Virus record (IMG/VR): IMGVR_UViG_3300032267_001142
Span: 122,106-186,105 of that record
Reading direction: 5' to 3' (one strand)
Source of the DNA: a virus
Length of the DNA stretch: 64,000 nt
This document shows, one piece after another, positions 1 through 9,104 of this stretch. Every line of letters starts with the position of its first letter. Position 1 is the stretch's first letter. A program made the position numbers and the translations under genes. A model generated the notes under the pieces. It was not told the DNA's origin and searched no databases. It worked only from the letters and a program-made list of their open reading frames with translations.

Positions 1-783
1 GTGGACGGAAAGAATATGTGCCGCAGCGATTTGCTGCTTTTGAAATATACAGATTGGGACGGAGGTAGATACGAGTTTGAATGTTCCACGACAGAAGACA
101 CGGAAGGCTACCGAATTACGCCGAGTATCGCGCTGTGCTCGTCAGCGGAAAAATTAAGGACTCTGCCGGTCGGCGCTGTTCAAAAAATACTTTCTAGGTA
201 TTCACACATAAACGCCGCAGTAATAGGAGCGGAGAAAGATTATCCTAGATTGCCTATACAAGAGATATGTGCGAGCCGAGACATAAATCTTGATTATCGC
301 TGCGACTCCAGAAAAGACTACGCGTCGATTCAGTGGAAATTCAAGGCTGTCGCAGATTCGGATTTGGTAATAGCGACCGATTGTGGTTGGGCGTGGATTG
401 CGATGGCGCTCAAAATACCTGTAGTGTGGCTGGAGAGTAGGGTCTCTTACGAGCGCTTAATACCTAAGCATTATTGGGATGCCGTAAAACTCTACAAGTC
501 CTACAAAATAAGCTGCGATAGGATGTGTCAGGCCGGAAGGGAAGAGATGCTCGCAAGAATATATGGCGACAGCGCCAATCGCCCGAGAGAGAATTGGCAG
601 TTCTTTAATGGTGGTCCGAAAGAATTTTCACTCAGATTGCCTGACGCACAGTCTCACTTTGATTTGGCGTGTAGGCAAAAAGAAAACGTCCCCTGCCTAG
701 ATTATAGCGAGGCTGACGTTTCACAAATACTAAGCTTAGCAGAGGAATTGGCTCCCGCGCTGAAAGGATGCAGAATACGTTGA
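1..783 (+). CDS. Glycosyltransferase family 9-like protein (5' partial)
   Basis: DLVIATDCGWAWIAMALKIPVVWL resembles the GT9 D-x-G-x-x-H/W-x-A-x-A-x-x-x-P motif. Confidence 0.6.
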   Translation: MDGKNMCRSDLLLLKYTDWDGGRYEFECSTTEDTEGYRITPSIALCSSAEKLRTLPVGAVQKILSRYSHINAAVIGAEKDYPRLPIQEICASRDINLDYRCDSRKDYASIQWKFKAVADSDLVIATDCGWAWIAMALKIPVVWLESRVSYERLIPKHYWDAVKLYKSYKISCDRMCQAGREEMLARIYGDSANRPRENWQFFNGGPKEFSLRLPDAQSHFDLACRQKENVPCLDYSEADVSQILSLAEELAPALKGCRIR

Positions 784-816
784 CTCTACTGGCATAAAGA
801 GTAACATACAGAGAAT

Positions 817-1107
817 ATGGATAAGACCCAACACCTATTGACAATTCTCATGGAAGAATGCGCGGAAGTCTCGCAGCGGGCTAGTAAAGCGCTCCGCTTT
901 GGTCTAAAAGAGCAGCAGAGCGAGCTTCACCCGCCAAACGATGAGAGGCTCACTTACGAGTTTGCCGACCTATTGGCCGTGTATCGCTGTTTGGTGGATT
1001 TGGGACTACTGAAGACGCCATCACCAGAAGATTTGGAAAAGAAGAGGATGAAGCTGGAGGAGTATACAAAGTATTCTCAATCGCTAGGAATCGTTGACCC
1101 TGATTAA
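817..1107 (+). CDS. MazG-like nucleotide pyrophosphohydrolase
   Basis: LMEECAEVSQRASKALRFG ... EFADL helical EExxE motif. Confidence 0.65.
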   Translation: MDKTQHLLTILMEECAEVSQRASKALRFGLKEQQSELHPPNDERLTYEFADLLAVYRCLVDLGLLKTPSPEDLEKKRMKLEEYTKYSQSLGIVDPD

Positions 1108-1109
1108 AA

Positions 1110-1358
1110 ATGCGCCCAGCCAAAACTCATGAATTAAAAATCCTTCCGAAATACTTCGTAGCGGTAATCTCAGGCGCGAAAACGTTTGAGATTCGCGAGA
1201 AGAGGGATAGAGACTTTCAAGTAGGCGACATTCTTTGGCTAAGGCAGTATTTGCCGTACCCAGAGAACAGATTCACGGGTCTTGGCGTGTACAAGCGTGT
1301 CTCTTATATTTCCGAGTTCTTTGAAAAAGAGGGGTTCGTAGTGATGTCGATAGTATGA
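1110..1358 (+). CDS. ASCH/DUF3850 domain protein
   Basis: HELKILPKYFVAVISGAKTFEIR..DRDFQVGD signature. Confidence 0.8.
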   Translation: MRPAKTHELKILPKYFVAVISGAKTFEIREKRDRDFQVGDILWLRQYLPYPENRFTGLGVYKRVSYISEFFEKEGFVVMSIV

Positions 1359-1759
1359 ACAATATCAGATATCGAGTTTGGGACATCAAGAATAAATCGT
1401 TCACAAACGATGATTCTATTTGCGTGTCGCCGCTAGGCAAGGTTTTCTCTATTCGTGATTATACGAGAGACGTATCGGACAGATTCATTATTCAGCGGTT
1501 TACTGGCGTCAAAGATAGCGTCGGCGTGGATATTTACGAAGGTGACATTGTTAAAACAGACCCGAAGCATATCACCGTCTCTTTGTGTGACGTTTCTGAA
1601 TATACGCATGGGGAAGTCCGTTGGTTTAACTCCTCGTTCAAAGTCTGTCAAGAGTTTATAGGCGCGGCGTATCTTAACGATTATGTCACTTGTAACTGCT
1701 GCGGCTGTGGCTTGACGATAATTGGAAACGTATTCAATACACCTTACCCTTGTGAATAA
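1355..1759 (+). CDS. YopX family phage protein
   Basis: IRYRVWD...QRFTGVKDSVGVDIYEGDIV...IIGNVF. Confidence 0.85.
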   Translation: MNNIRYRVWDIKNKSFTNDDSICVSPLGKVFSIRDYTRDVSDRFIIQRFTGVKDSVGVDIYEGDIVKTDPKHITVSLCDVSEYTHGEVRWFNSSFKVCQEFIGAAYLNDYVTCNCCGCGLTIIGNVFNTPYPCE

Positions 1760-1765
1760 CAAAAG

Positions 1766-2371
1766 ATGAGCGACAAATACAAGATTAACGAAGTCTATAC
1801 TCTACGAGTTTTTTCTGAGCCGGAAGAAATGGAATACCTAGGAAAGATTCAAAACTCTAAAACTAACGGCGCGGACACTTCAATTGTTTTTGAAGTGTTT
1901 CGTCGCATGTCTTTCGGAAGATTAGATTTGATGGCGCTAGCCAGTAATAAGTTCATCGCTAGGTCATACGACGGGACTATAGAGGGATTGTTGGCGGAGA
2001 TTAGGAAAGGATTGACATTCTTCGGAAGTGGTCACGACTCCATCACAGTCGGCGACAAGAAACTACAAATAGGAGAGTTCAAAGCTCAGGTCGCCGGTTT
2101 ATTAACCGACGAGCAGATTGAAGAGAGTGTTTTACGAGGTCGTTACGACGCAATAAATAACGGACATGGTGAAGTGAAGTGGTGCCCATCTTGCGGAAGG
2201 GTATCGCAGACTAGCTGCGCTGCCTGTGGTTGCGGTAATTGTAAGACTTGCGGACATCGTTGGACGTGCCAAACACCATTTATGCAAGTTGTAAATCTTC
2301 TCTCTCCTTTCTCCAAGTTTTTTATTGACAAATCTGAAAATCAGTGTAATATAACAGCGCCTAGGAATTAG
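1766..2371 (+). CDS. Hypothetical protein with C-terminal Cys-rich zinc ribbon
   Basis: ORF; CPSC/CAAC/CKTC motifs. Confidence 0.55.
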   Translation: MSDKYKINEVYTLRVFSEPEEMEYLGKIQNSKTNGADTSIVFEVFRRMSFGRLDLMALASNKFIARSYDGTIEGLLAEIRKGLTFFGSGHDSITVGDKKLQIGEFKAQVAGLLTDEQIEESVLRGRYDAINNGHGEVKWCPSCGRVSQTSCAACGCGNCKTCGHRWTCQTPFMQVVNLLSPFSKFFIDKSENQCNITAPRN

Positions 2372-2415
2372 CCTCGGCAGAACAAGTCCTCATTAGTGGG
2401 GCGAAAACAAAAAAA

Positions 2416-3147
2416 ATGTCAAATAAAGCAAACGCTTTGTCCGTTCTAGTAAACGGTCGTAACTGCAAGACCTATGGAAAAGATGGAAGGGTCTTCATTG
2501 AAGGCCGCAAAGGGTCCGAATACTCTATCAGGATTACCAATGACCGTATCCGCAGGGTTTTGGCCGTCATTACGGTAGACGGAATCAACGTCATCAGCGG
2601 CAATCTCGGCGGCGATGGTGATGAGGGTTACGTGATTGAGCCGTTCTCCAAGGCTGAGATTAAAGGGTTCCGCACTTCGGAAAGCGAAGTCCACCCGTTC
2701 CTGTTCAGCGACAAGGATAAAAGCTACGCCGCGAAAACCGATACCGAAGGTTCCAGTGACCGTAATTGTGGAGTTATTGCGGTTAAGCTATTTCAGGAAT
2801 ATCGTCCCGAACCGACTTACATGATGCGCAAGAAATCTCTGTCGCCAGACTGGGATTTATCAACAATGAGAGGCGCGCACGATGCACAGTATAGGTCTTG
2901 TCTGACCTCCTGCGCCTCGCTTAATGAGGTAGGCTCTTTTGATTTGGGCACCAAGTTTGCCGATGAGGCAATTACCGACACCGTTACCACAGTGTCCTTT
3001 ACTAAGGGGTCGCTCATTGGAATTGATGAGATTTACTACGCGTCTTTCTCCGAGCTAGAGAAGATGGGCGTCATTGATAAGTCCCCGAAGGTAGCTTTCC
3101 CTCAAGCTTTCCCTGAAAGGAAATTCTGCAAGCCTCCGAAAAAGTAA
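2416..3147 (+). CDS. Conserved hypothetical protein
   Basis: 243-aa ORF; FIEGRKGSEYSIRITN...VLAVITVDGINV beta-rich segment. Confidence 0.65.
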   Translation: MSNKANALSVLVNGRNCKTYGKDGRVFIEGRKGSEYSIRITNDRIRRVLAVITVDGINVISGNLGGDGDEGYVIEPFSKAEIKGFRTSESEVHPFLFSDKDKSYAAKTDTEGSSDRNCGVIAVKLFQEYRPEPTYMMRKKSLSPDWDLSTMRGAHDAQYRSCLTSCASLNEVGSFDLGTKFADEAITDTVTTVSFTKGSLIGIDEIYYASFSELEKMGVIDKSPKVAFPQAFPERKFCKPPKK

Positions 3148-3189
3148 AAAGCTCTTGCAAAGGCGAAAAAGAGAGCTAGTATAGGATAT

Positions 3190-3480
3190 ATGCAAATTCC
3201 CACATCTGACGAACTCCAGCGCAATATCGTAACAGGAGCGCCTCGATATGATTCTCCTAGCCATAAGCAACAGGAGACAGCCGAGACAGCCGAGACAGCC
3301 GAGACAGTCCTAGCCGTAGGCGCAGCTCTAGGTGGCTCGTTGTCTTACGGGTTCGATGGTCCGTGCGAGCCAGCTCTCCGTGCCGAACTAGAGGCTAAAG
3401 GATATGAAGTAGAGGATGAGTGGTATCCAGCCGATGAGCGCGGGCCTAAATCTTGTTACGTTTTTGTCAGCCCGAAGTAA
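3190..3480 (+). CDS. Hypothetical protein
   Basis: ORF preceded by TTGCAA-N16-TAGTAT promoter-like element. Confidence 0.55.
   Translation: MQIPTSDELQRNIVTGAPRYDSPSHKQQETAETAETAETVLAVGAALGGSLSYGFDGPCEPALRAELEAKGYEVEDEWYPADERGPKSCYVFVSPK
3274..3309 (+). repeat. 9-bp tandem repeat (GAGACAGCC)x4, in frame (ETA repeats)
   Basis: Directly visible; last copy GAGACAGTC. Confidence 0.9.
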
Positions 3481-3871
3481 TTCGGAAATCGTTCCCTCAA
3501 AAAAAAAACGAAAAAGTTCTGGACAATCCGAAGAAAGTAGTGTAAACATCATCAGTAATGAAAGCAGTCACCTTTAGTATTAAACACGGTTCCGCCGATT
3601 TGGTGGGGTATAATCTCCCCACGAATCAGCGTCTACAGGCAACCTGTGCCTCAGAACCGAAAGAAACATAGAACTGCGAGCGATAAAAGAAAACAGGTCA
3701 GAAGACAACCCGCCGCTCGCAGAAAACGAAGGCGGGTTTTCAATTTTAGCAGAAAAGTTTAAGGGATAGCCAATGTCCCCGAAAAAATTGGTAAACTCCG
3801 GTGAGGACGCGGCAGAAATTCCGGCTCTGTTTAACGACAGATGACTTAACTCGCGCATGTAAAAGACGATT

Positions 3872-4723
3872 ATGGAAAAAATCCATTATTCACGCAATGA
3901 ATACCGACAGGACTACCTTGCTTCCGACGATTGGAAGCAGAAAAGCCGTTTAATTTTAGATAGAGACAAGGTTTGTCGAGTTTGCGAAAGAAAAGAGAGT
4001 TGCGACACTCATCATCTGACCTACGAAAGAGTAGGTTTCGAGAACCTAGAAACAGATTTGATAGGTGTGTGCCGCAATTGTCATAATCGTATTCACCGCC
4101 ACGAAGAGTTGGTGAAGATTTCTGATTTGTCAGTATTAAAGATGGAGTTTGAGCGCTCGAAGAAACCCTTTTTGGTGAAAGAAGGTGTCGTCAATCAAAT
4201 TCTAGATTGTAACGTCGCGACTCAAAGAGCTATCGCAGGTATCCTAAGAATCAGACCGGAAGACATTTGTTTTCAAAAAAACAGAAAATGGCACTATTTC
4301 AGTGCGCAGAAAATCCTGTTCTTAATGAGAAACAATTTGCCTGACGGAAAGAGGCTCATGGACGTTAATAAGCACTCCGTAGCTAGTTTTAGAGACTTCG
4401 ATACTGAGGACTGGCTAAACTATAAAGAATCCTTATTGCGAAATCTCGGTGATAAAATCAAGAAGATGTCGCGGCGCGAAATTCTTAGGTTTTTTGCTAG
4501 AGAAAAAACGATTTGGGGACAAAAAAGACAAAACGACCTCAATAAAGAACGCCAAGTTTATCTCGACAAACGAGCTAAAACAAGGCAACTCAGAAAGAGT
4601 CAGGACGCGATTTTGAAGCGTCTAGCCCGAGAAGTCCTCACTCCAGAGTGCAGGAGTGAATTAGAGAAAGAACTAGGAATTTTGAACGCGGAAGCGAAAA
4701 GAAATTCTCCCACGGCGGGTTAG
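3872..4723 (+). CDS. HNH endonuclease
   Basis: CRVC...THHLTY...VCRNCHNRIH. Confidence 0.85.
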   Translation: MEKIHYSRNEYRQDYLASDDWKQKSRLILDRDKVCRVCERKESCDTHHLTYERVGFENLETDLIGVCRNCHNRIHRHEELVKISDLSVLKMEFERSKKPFLVKEGVVNQILDCNVATQRAIAGILRIRPEDICFQKNRKWHYFSAQKILFLMRNNLPDGKRLMDVNKHSVASFRDFDTEDWLNYKESLLRNLGDKIKKMSRREILRFFAREKTIWGQKRQNDLNKERQVYLDKRAKTRQLRKSQDAILKRLAREVLTPECRSELEKELGILNAEAKRNSPTAG

Positions 4724-4729
4724 CCGAAT

Positions 4730-4803
4730 GCGCGCATCGTATATGAGTATTACTCCTGATTGCCATTCAGGGAAAGCGGTTGCAAGTCCCGCTGCGCGCT
4801 CCA
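4730..4803 (+). tRNA. trnG: tRNA-Gly(GCC)
   Basis: GCGCGCA/TGCGCGC acceptor, CCTGA-TTGCCAT-TCAGG, U73-CCA. Confidence 0.85.
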
Positions 4804-4820
4804 AGTTTTTCAAAAACCTG

Positions 4821-4848
4821 TTGACCTTTTCAAAAAAGGCAGTAGAGT
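4821..4848 (+). promoter_or_regulatory. Sigma70-like promoter at the start of the tRNA cluster
   Basis: TTGACC-N16-TAGAGT. Confidence 0.55.
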
Positions 4849-4993
4849 GAGTGAAGTAAAGGGAAGCCGCCCTAAACGCAAACGGCGAAAACGACCATAG
4901 AGAGTCTAGCATTAAAATCGGCCAGCTAGCGCCCCTGTCGGATAGCTTGTAAAAAGCTTAAAGATGTTTGTTATTTGCAGTGGTAGTTATTAT

Positions 4994-5071
4994 GCGGTAT
5001 TCGCCTAGTTAGTTATGGCACCTGTCTTCCAAATAGGAATAACGTCGGAGCAAAGCCGACATACCGCACCA
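4994..5071 (+). tRNA. trnG: tRNA-Gly(TCC)
   Basis: Cloverleaf, loop CTTCCAA, T-loop AGCAAAG, CCA. Confidence 0.85.
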
Positions 5072-5080
5072 TTCTTTACT

Positions 5081-5174
5081 TCCAAAGTACACTAACTGGA
5101 AAGTGGCGAAGCTGTTAACTTCGTGCATCCCACCCCTGCGTGGTATCTAGGTCCGAATCCTAGCTTTGGAGCCA
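5081..5174 (+). tRNA. trnN: tRNA-Asn(GTT) with long variable arm
   Basis: TCCAAAG/CTTTGGA, loop CTGTTAA, ~23-nt variable region, G73-CCA. Confidence 0.8.
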
Positions 5175-5175
5175 C

Positions 5176-5742
5176 TTAACATTTGGAAGTAATAATACCA
5201 AGTTTTTTAGCTCTTTTGCGAATTCCTGTTGGGCTAATGTTTATTAATTCCGATATCGAATTCGGGCTGAGTTTTTGCACGACCATCATATCATACAGGT
5301 CTATTGACGACCAATCAAACTTCTCCCGAAGTTTGCACGCACAAGACCTCGAACAAACTTTGTAACCTACTGGTTTATCTGCGCCGCAGATAGGGCACGA
5401 ATTCATTTCTATCACTGTTTCCGGTCTATAGTTGACGAACGACTCATTAAACGCCCGAAAGGTTTCGGGAACATTTGCAACTCCGTTATGCACTTCTCGA
5501 TGACAGTTGGAACATAACAAAATACACTTTTTTAGTTCGGCACAAATCTTGCTCCAAGCTTTAGGTGACGACATAGTTTTACCAAACGAAAACTCTTTAA
5601 TAGATGGGTCTAAATGATGAAGTTCGAGCGCCGCGTTACATTTTTTGTAATTGCAGATTTGGCAGCATCCTCCCATAGATTCGATGATACGGATTTTGGT
5701 ATTTTTGCGCCACATTTTGACATGATTAGAATTTTTGCTCAT
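5176..5742 (-). CDS. HNH endonuclease
   Basis: CQIC...LELHHLDP...LLCSNCHREVH. Confidence 0.85.
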   Translation of the reverse strand: MSKNSNHVKMWRKNTKIRIIESMGGCCQICNYKKCNAALELHHLDPSIKEFSFGKTMSSPKAWSKICAELKKCILLCSNCHREVHNGVANVPETFRAFNESFVNYRPETVIEMNSCPICGADKPVGYKVCSRSCACKLREKFDWSSIDLYDMMVVQKLSPNSISELINISPTGIRKRAKKLGIITSKC

Positions 5743-5904
5743 ATATTAACAGATTATGTTAATTTACACCATTAGTGGTGTGATGTGAGGGTTATCTTGG
5801 AATTAGAGCCTATTTCTAGTAGCGACACTGCCAAAGCGTTGAACGTGGCCCGTCATAGTAACGGGATAAAGAAATGCGTTTCTCAACCGCTAGAATTCAA
5901 TTTC

Positions 5905-5980
5905 GGGGCATTAGTGAGAGAAGTTAGCACAGGAAGCTTGCACCTTCCAAGAGACGGCGCGATACCGTCATGCTCCACCA
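5905..5980 (+). tRNA. trnA: tRNA-Ala(TGC)
   Basis: G3:U70 pair, loop CTTGCAC, CCA. Confidence 0.9.
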
Positions 5981-5992
5981 TTAGTTGAACAT

Positions 5993-6068
5993 CGGAACGT
6001 AGCCTAGCAGTTCAGGCACCTGTTTTGGGAACAGGACGAGGCGGGGGCAGCACCTGCCGTTCCGACCA
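5993..6068 (+). tRNA. trnP: tRNA-Pro(TGG)
   Basis: CGGAACG/CGTTCCG, loop TTTGGGA, CCA. Confidence 0.9.
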
Positions 6069-6071
6069 TTT

Positions 6072-6158
6072 GGGTAGTTAGACTCGTAGAGTGCGAGGGC
6101 GGATTGTAAACCCGCCTCTGTAATGGACTGGTAGGTGCGACTCCTACATTGCCCACCA
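6072..6158 (+). tRNA. trnY: tRNA-Tyr(GTA)
   Basis: Loop TTGTAAA, long variable arm, CCA. Confidence 0.85.
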
Positions 6159-6164
6159 TTTTAT

Positions 6165-6239
6165 GTCCCATTCGTCCATAAGTTAAGACCGCAGCCTTTC
6201 AAGTTGCAGAACGCGGAGCGTTACCGCGATGGGATACCA
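6165..6239 (+). tRNA. trnE: tRNA-Glu(TTC)
   Basis: Loop CTTTCAA, T-loop AGCGTTA, CCA. Confidence 0.9.
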
Positions 6240-6267
6240 TTTATAAACGGTAGCTGATAACCTTGGC

Positions 6268-6386
6268 CGAGGTTTAGGCACGACCGAAACGAGAGAGACA
6301 CAGTAGCATATCTAGTAATGCAGGCCCCTAATTCGGGCCTTAACGTGGTGCAAATCCCGCGAGTTGGAACGTCCGTGAAATCCTCG
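6268..6386 (+). ncRNA. Unclassified structured RNA motif, copy A (tRNA-like insert)
   Basis: CGAGG/CCTCG and CACG/CGTG stems; 18-mer GGAACGTCCGTGAAATCC shared with 8821-8838. Confidence 0.5.
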
Positions 6387-6397
6387 ATAATTTTGAT

Positions 6398-6471
6398 ACC
6401 TCATTGGTGAATGAATATCACACAACCCTGTCACGGTTGAGTAACGGGTGTAAGTCCCGTATGGGGTGCCA
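6398..6471 (+). tRNA. trnD: tRNA-Asp(GTC)
   Basis: Loop CTGTCAC, G73-CCA. Confidence 0.9.
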
Positions 6472-6581
6472 TTTTCAATAAAACAGAGGCTATACTGTAT
6501 TAGCGACGAAATCGGAGCCGAAACATAGCGGAGGTTGCAAACTCCGTGGAATAACCCGTCGCTCATTGAAGAATTTTTAAT

Positions 6582-6658
6582 CGTAGTGAGGCTCGAACAG
6601 CATCGACACCCGCTTGATAGGCGGACCAAAGCAAGGGCAGCACTTGCCACTACGACCA
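6582..6658 (+). tRNA. trnI: tRNA-Ile(GAT)
   Basis: CGTAGTG/CACTACG, loop TTGATAG, CCA. Confidence 0.85.
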
Positions 6659-6732
6659 GCGGGATAGTGTAAGAGTAGCATATCAGTCTCATAAGCTGAA
6701 GACGCCGTTGCAATTTACGGCTCCTGCAACCA
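6658..6732 (+). tRNA. trnM: tRNA-Met(CAT), initiator-like acceptor; shares position 1 with the upstream CCA
   Basis: 1:72 mismatch, 3' end GCAACCA, loop CTCATAA. Confidence 0.8.
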
Positions 6733-6783
6733 TACAGTCCGTCGGCTATTCCTCTGCGCGAGCATGAACCGATGGTTAGTTTC

Positions 6784-6858
6784 GCTGACGTAGCCCAATG
6801 CAGAGGCATGAGGTCGAGAACTTCATTAGTGTAGGTGCGAGTCCTATCGTCAGCACCA
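6784..6858 (+). tRNA. trnL: tRNA-Leu(GAG), short variable loop, C33
   Basis: Loop TCGAGAA, 5-nt variable loop, CCA. Confidence 0.75.
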
Positions 6859-6870
6859 ATTTCAAATACT

Positions 6871-6945
6871 CCGCTCAGAGTGTGAAAGATAGCACGATAC
6901 TCTGTCACAGTATTAGAACGAGAGCGTTACTCGTTGGGCGGGCCA
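6871..6945 (+). tRNA. trnD: tRNA-Asp(GTC)
   Basis: Loop CTGTCAC, G73-CCA. Confidence 0.9.
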
Positions 6946-6989
6946 AAAATTAAATTGTCTAAATCCGGGTTTCTTGTGTAAACTATTGT

Positions 6990-7517
6990 ATGACAATCCA
7001 GATAGGACATCTCTACAATTCTCTAAAAGTTTTAGAGTTTTCTCACACAGATAAACTAGGCCACAAGATTTGGAAATGCGAGTGCTGCTGCGGCAAGCTG
7101 TGCCTTCAGCCCTCTCGATATCTAGGGAAAACAAAAAGTTGCGGATGTCAAAGGAGAAGCAAAAACATCAAAGGAGAAGGAGAGATATATGGTTCGTTAT
7201 TCTCTGGTATGAGATTCGCCGCCAAGCGGCGGCGCATAGTTTTCGATGTCTCTCCGAAATTTTTGTGGCAGCTTTTCCTAAAACAGGAAAGAAAATGCGC
7301 GCTTAGCGACCTACCATTAGATTTCGGCAGGGGTAAAAGAGGACTGTTCAGAACGGCCTCCCTAGATAGAATAGACTCCAGCAAGGGATACACGGAGGAC
7401 AACGTTCAATGGGTTCATCGCCAAGTAAACGTAATGAAGCATGAGCTTTCTTATCAGGAATTTCAGGATTTAGTAGAGAGGGTTTTTAATAAAGCCCGAA
7501 AGGATAAAAAACATTGA
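6990..7517 (+). CDS. HNH homing endonuclease-like protein
   Basis: WKCECCCG..TKSCGC N-terminus; SLDRIDSSKGYTEDNVQWVHRQVNVMK. Confidence 0.85.
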   Translation: MTIQIGHLYNSLKVLEFSHTDKLGHKIWKCECCCGKLCLQPSRYLGKTKSCGCQRRSKNIKGEGEIYGSLFSGMRFAAKRRRIVFDVSPKFLWQLFLKQERKCALSDLPLDFGRGKRGLFRTASLDRIDSSKGYTEDNVQWVHRQVNVMKHELSYQEFQDLVERVFNKARKDKKH

Positions 7518-7551
7518 CGTTCGCTGTAAAACGCGCTACTGTCTAAAACAT

Positions 7552-7627
7552 CGCTGTTTAGCAAATCAAGAGATTGCGACCCGCTGAAGACGGGATGAGG
7601 TCGGCGCGATACCGACAACAGCGGCCA
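7552..7627 (+). tRNA. trnF: tRNA-Phe(GAA), atypical C1-G72/G73
   Basis: CGCTGTT/AACAGCG, loop CTGAAGA, CCA. Confidence 0.75.
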
Positions 7628-7634
7628 TCTTAAA

Positions 7635-7805
7635 ATGAGAAAGTCTCACCTAGTCGAAAAATTGTTATCGCTCTCAATGAGCGAAGTTTTGAGTCCGAGA
7701 AATTCAAAATACGCAAAAGTAGGCGCATGGATAAGTAAACTCTCCAGCGAAGAAAAAGAAAAATTAAAGACTCTTGAGTCGAAAGACTTTAATCATCGAA
7801 TTTAA
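7635..7805 (+). CDS. Small hypothetical protein (56 aa)
   Basis: ATG..TAA ORF filling the gap between two tRNAs. Confidence 0.45.
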   Translation: MRKSHLVEKLLSLSMSEVLSPRNSKYAKVGAWISKLSSEEKEKLKTLESKDFNHRI

Positions 7806-7810
7806 GAAAT

Positions 7811-7884
7811 GTCTCATTAGCATAACAGTAATGCCTCTGCCTTCCAAGCAGAACATGTCGGGGCGGCACCGACATGGGACTCCA
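7811..7884 (+). tRNA. trnG: tRNA-Gly(TCC)
   Basis: Loop CTTCCAA, U73-CCA. Confidence 0.9.
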
Positions 7885-7893
7885 ATTTCAAAT

Positions 7894-7967
7894 GGGTTGC
7901 TAGCTTAAAAGTAAAGCCGTGGATTTTTACCCCACCTAACACGGAGCATTACCGTGGCGACTCTCCA
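7894..7967 (+). tRNA. trnK: tRNA-Lys(TTT)
   Basis: Loop TTTTTAC, CCA. Confidence 0.85.
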
Positions 7968-8015
7968 CTTCAAAGTTTTTCTGGAAACTTTTAATCCAGA
8001 CGTGTAATATACAGT

Positions 8016-8432
8016 ATGACTAAAATCTGTTATATGTGTAAGCTTCCGAAACCAGTCGAAAAGTTCGCCAAGAAGAAAGCGGCTAAAGACGGGTTGCAGA
8101 GTCGCTGCAACGAGTGTATGTCGAAAACGATGATACAAGTCTATAGGGATGACGTTTCAGCATGGAACGATAAAACTAAGTTGCAAAAAGGACGGAAAAG
8201 AGTTTGGGTTGACGAGCTTAAACAATCTGTTGGCTGTATAGTTTGTGGCGAAGAAAATCCTAGCTGTTTAGAGTTTCATCACGTAAGCGCCTCCAATAAA
8301 GAACACGACATATCACAAATGATAGTCAATAAAGCTTCCGACGAAAGGATTCGCGAAGAGATAGACAAGTGTTTGATTCTGTGTGCTAATTGCCACAGAA
8401 AAGTTCATAGAGGATACATCCTGATAGTATAA
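8016..8432 (+). CDS. HNH endonuclease
   Basis: CYMC..CNEC N-terminus; CIVC..LEFHH..LCANCHRKVH. Confidence 0.85.
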   Translation: MTKICYMCKLPKPVEKFAKKKAAKDGLQSRCNECMSKTMIQVYRDDVSAWNDKTKLQKGRKRVWVDELKQSVGCIVCGEENPSCLEFHHVSASNKEHDISQMIVNKASDERIREEIDKCLILCANCHRKVHRGYILIV

Positions 8433-8435
8433 ATC

Positions 8436-8509
8436 GGACTACTAGCATAAAAGTAATGCGTTCGGCCCTTACCCGAATAAATACGGAGCGTTACCGTGGT
8501 TGTCCTCCA
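8436..8509 (+). tRNA. trnK: tRNA-Lys(CTT), C33
   Basis: Loop CCCTTAC, CCA. Confidence 0.8.
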
Positions 8510-8520
8510 TTTAACAAATT

Positions 8521-8605
8521 CGCTCTGTGATGAAATCAGAATACATGCAGGCTTTAGATACCTGTGCCGAAAGGCGTGCAAGTGCAAATCTTGTCGGAGC
8601 GACCA
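8521..8605 (+). tRNA. trnL: tRNA-Leu(TAG)
   Basis: Loop TTTAGAT, variable arm GCCGAAAGGC, CCA. Confidence 0.85.
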
Positions 8606-8613
8606 TTTTATAT

Positions 8614-8687
8614 TGCCCCTTAGCATAGAAGCAATGCCGTGGACTTTGAACCCACATAAGTCGGAGCGTTACCGACAGGGGCGACCA
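8614..8687 (+). tRNA. trnQ: tRNA-Gln(TTG)
   Basis: Loop CTTTGAA, CCA. Confidence 0.9.
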
Positions 8688-8715
8688 ATTAAATAACCTA
8701 CAGAATATCGCCGCG

Positions 8716-8843
8716 CCCTCGAAAGCACGGCTGGTCTAACCAAAAGATGCGGCATCTGGCCGCGATGATAGATAGCGGGGTAAGCTCGATAGACGGCTGA
8801 ACATACGCGTTAAGTAGGCCGGAACGTCCGTGAAATCCGAGAG
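8716..8843 (+). ncRNA. Unclassified structured RNA motif, copy B
   Basis: CTCG/CGAG, CACGG/CCGTG and CTGGTC/GGCCGG stems; shared 18-mer. Confidence 0.5.
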
Positions 8844-8895
8844 TTTAATTTCATAAGGTTCTCTTCGTAAGTATCCTTTCAAAATACTTTCCGTG

Positions 8896-8969
8896 CGGTG
8901 CGTGAGTGTAAGTAACCTTCTCGCCTTGGAAGTGAGATATTGGGAGTGCGAATCTCCCCGCGCCGACCA
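8896..8969 (+). tRNA. trnP: tRNA-Pro(TGG)
   Basis: Loop CTTGGAA (A37), CCA. Confidence 0.85.
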
Positions 8970-9104
8970 GATTCGACGTAATGGACAGCCTACCCACCAA
9001 GGGGCGCGTTTGAATAGTCCTGAAAATTTATTGACGCCGCCACAAATCGGCATACACTTAGGTCATAAGGAAATCATGTGAGTTTCCTCGAACAAAGTAA
9101 AAAT

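Noticed and set aside
6253-6291. Hammerhead ribozyme (CTGATAA...GAAAC)
   Set aside because: The core deviates from CUGAUGA, and stems I/III could not be built convincingly.
6312-6908. 198-aa minus-strand ORF and many other ORFs across 5.7-19.6 kb (for example 5785, 8736, 9463, 10909, 11217-11711, 19128)
   Set aside because: They overlap clear tRNA genes and have no protein motifs; they are shadow ORFs.
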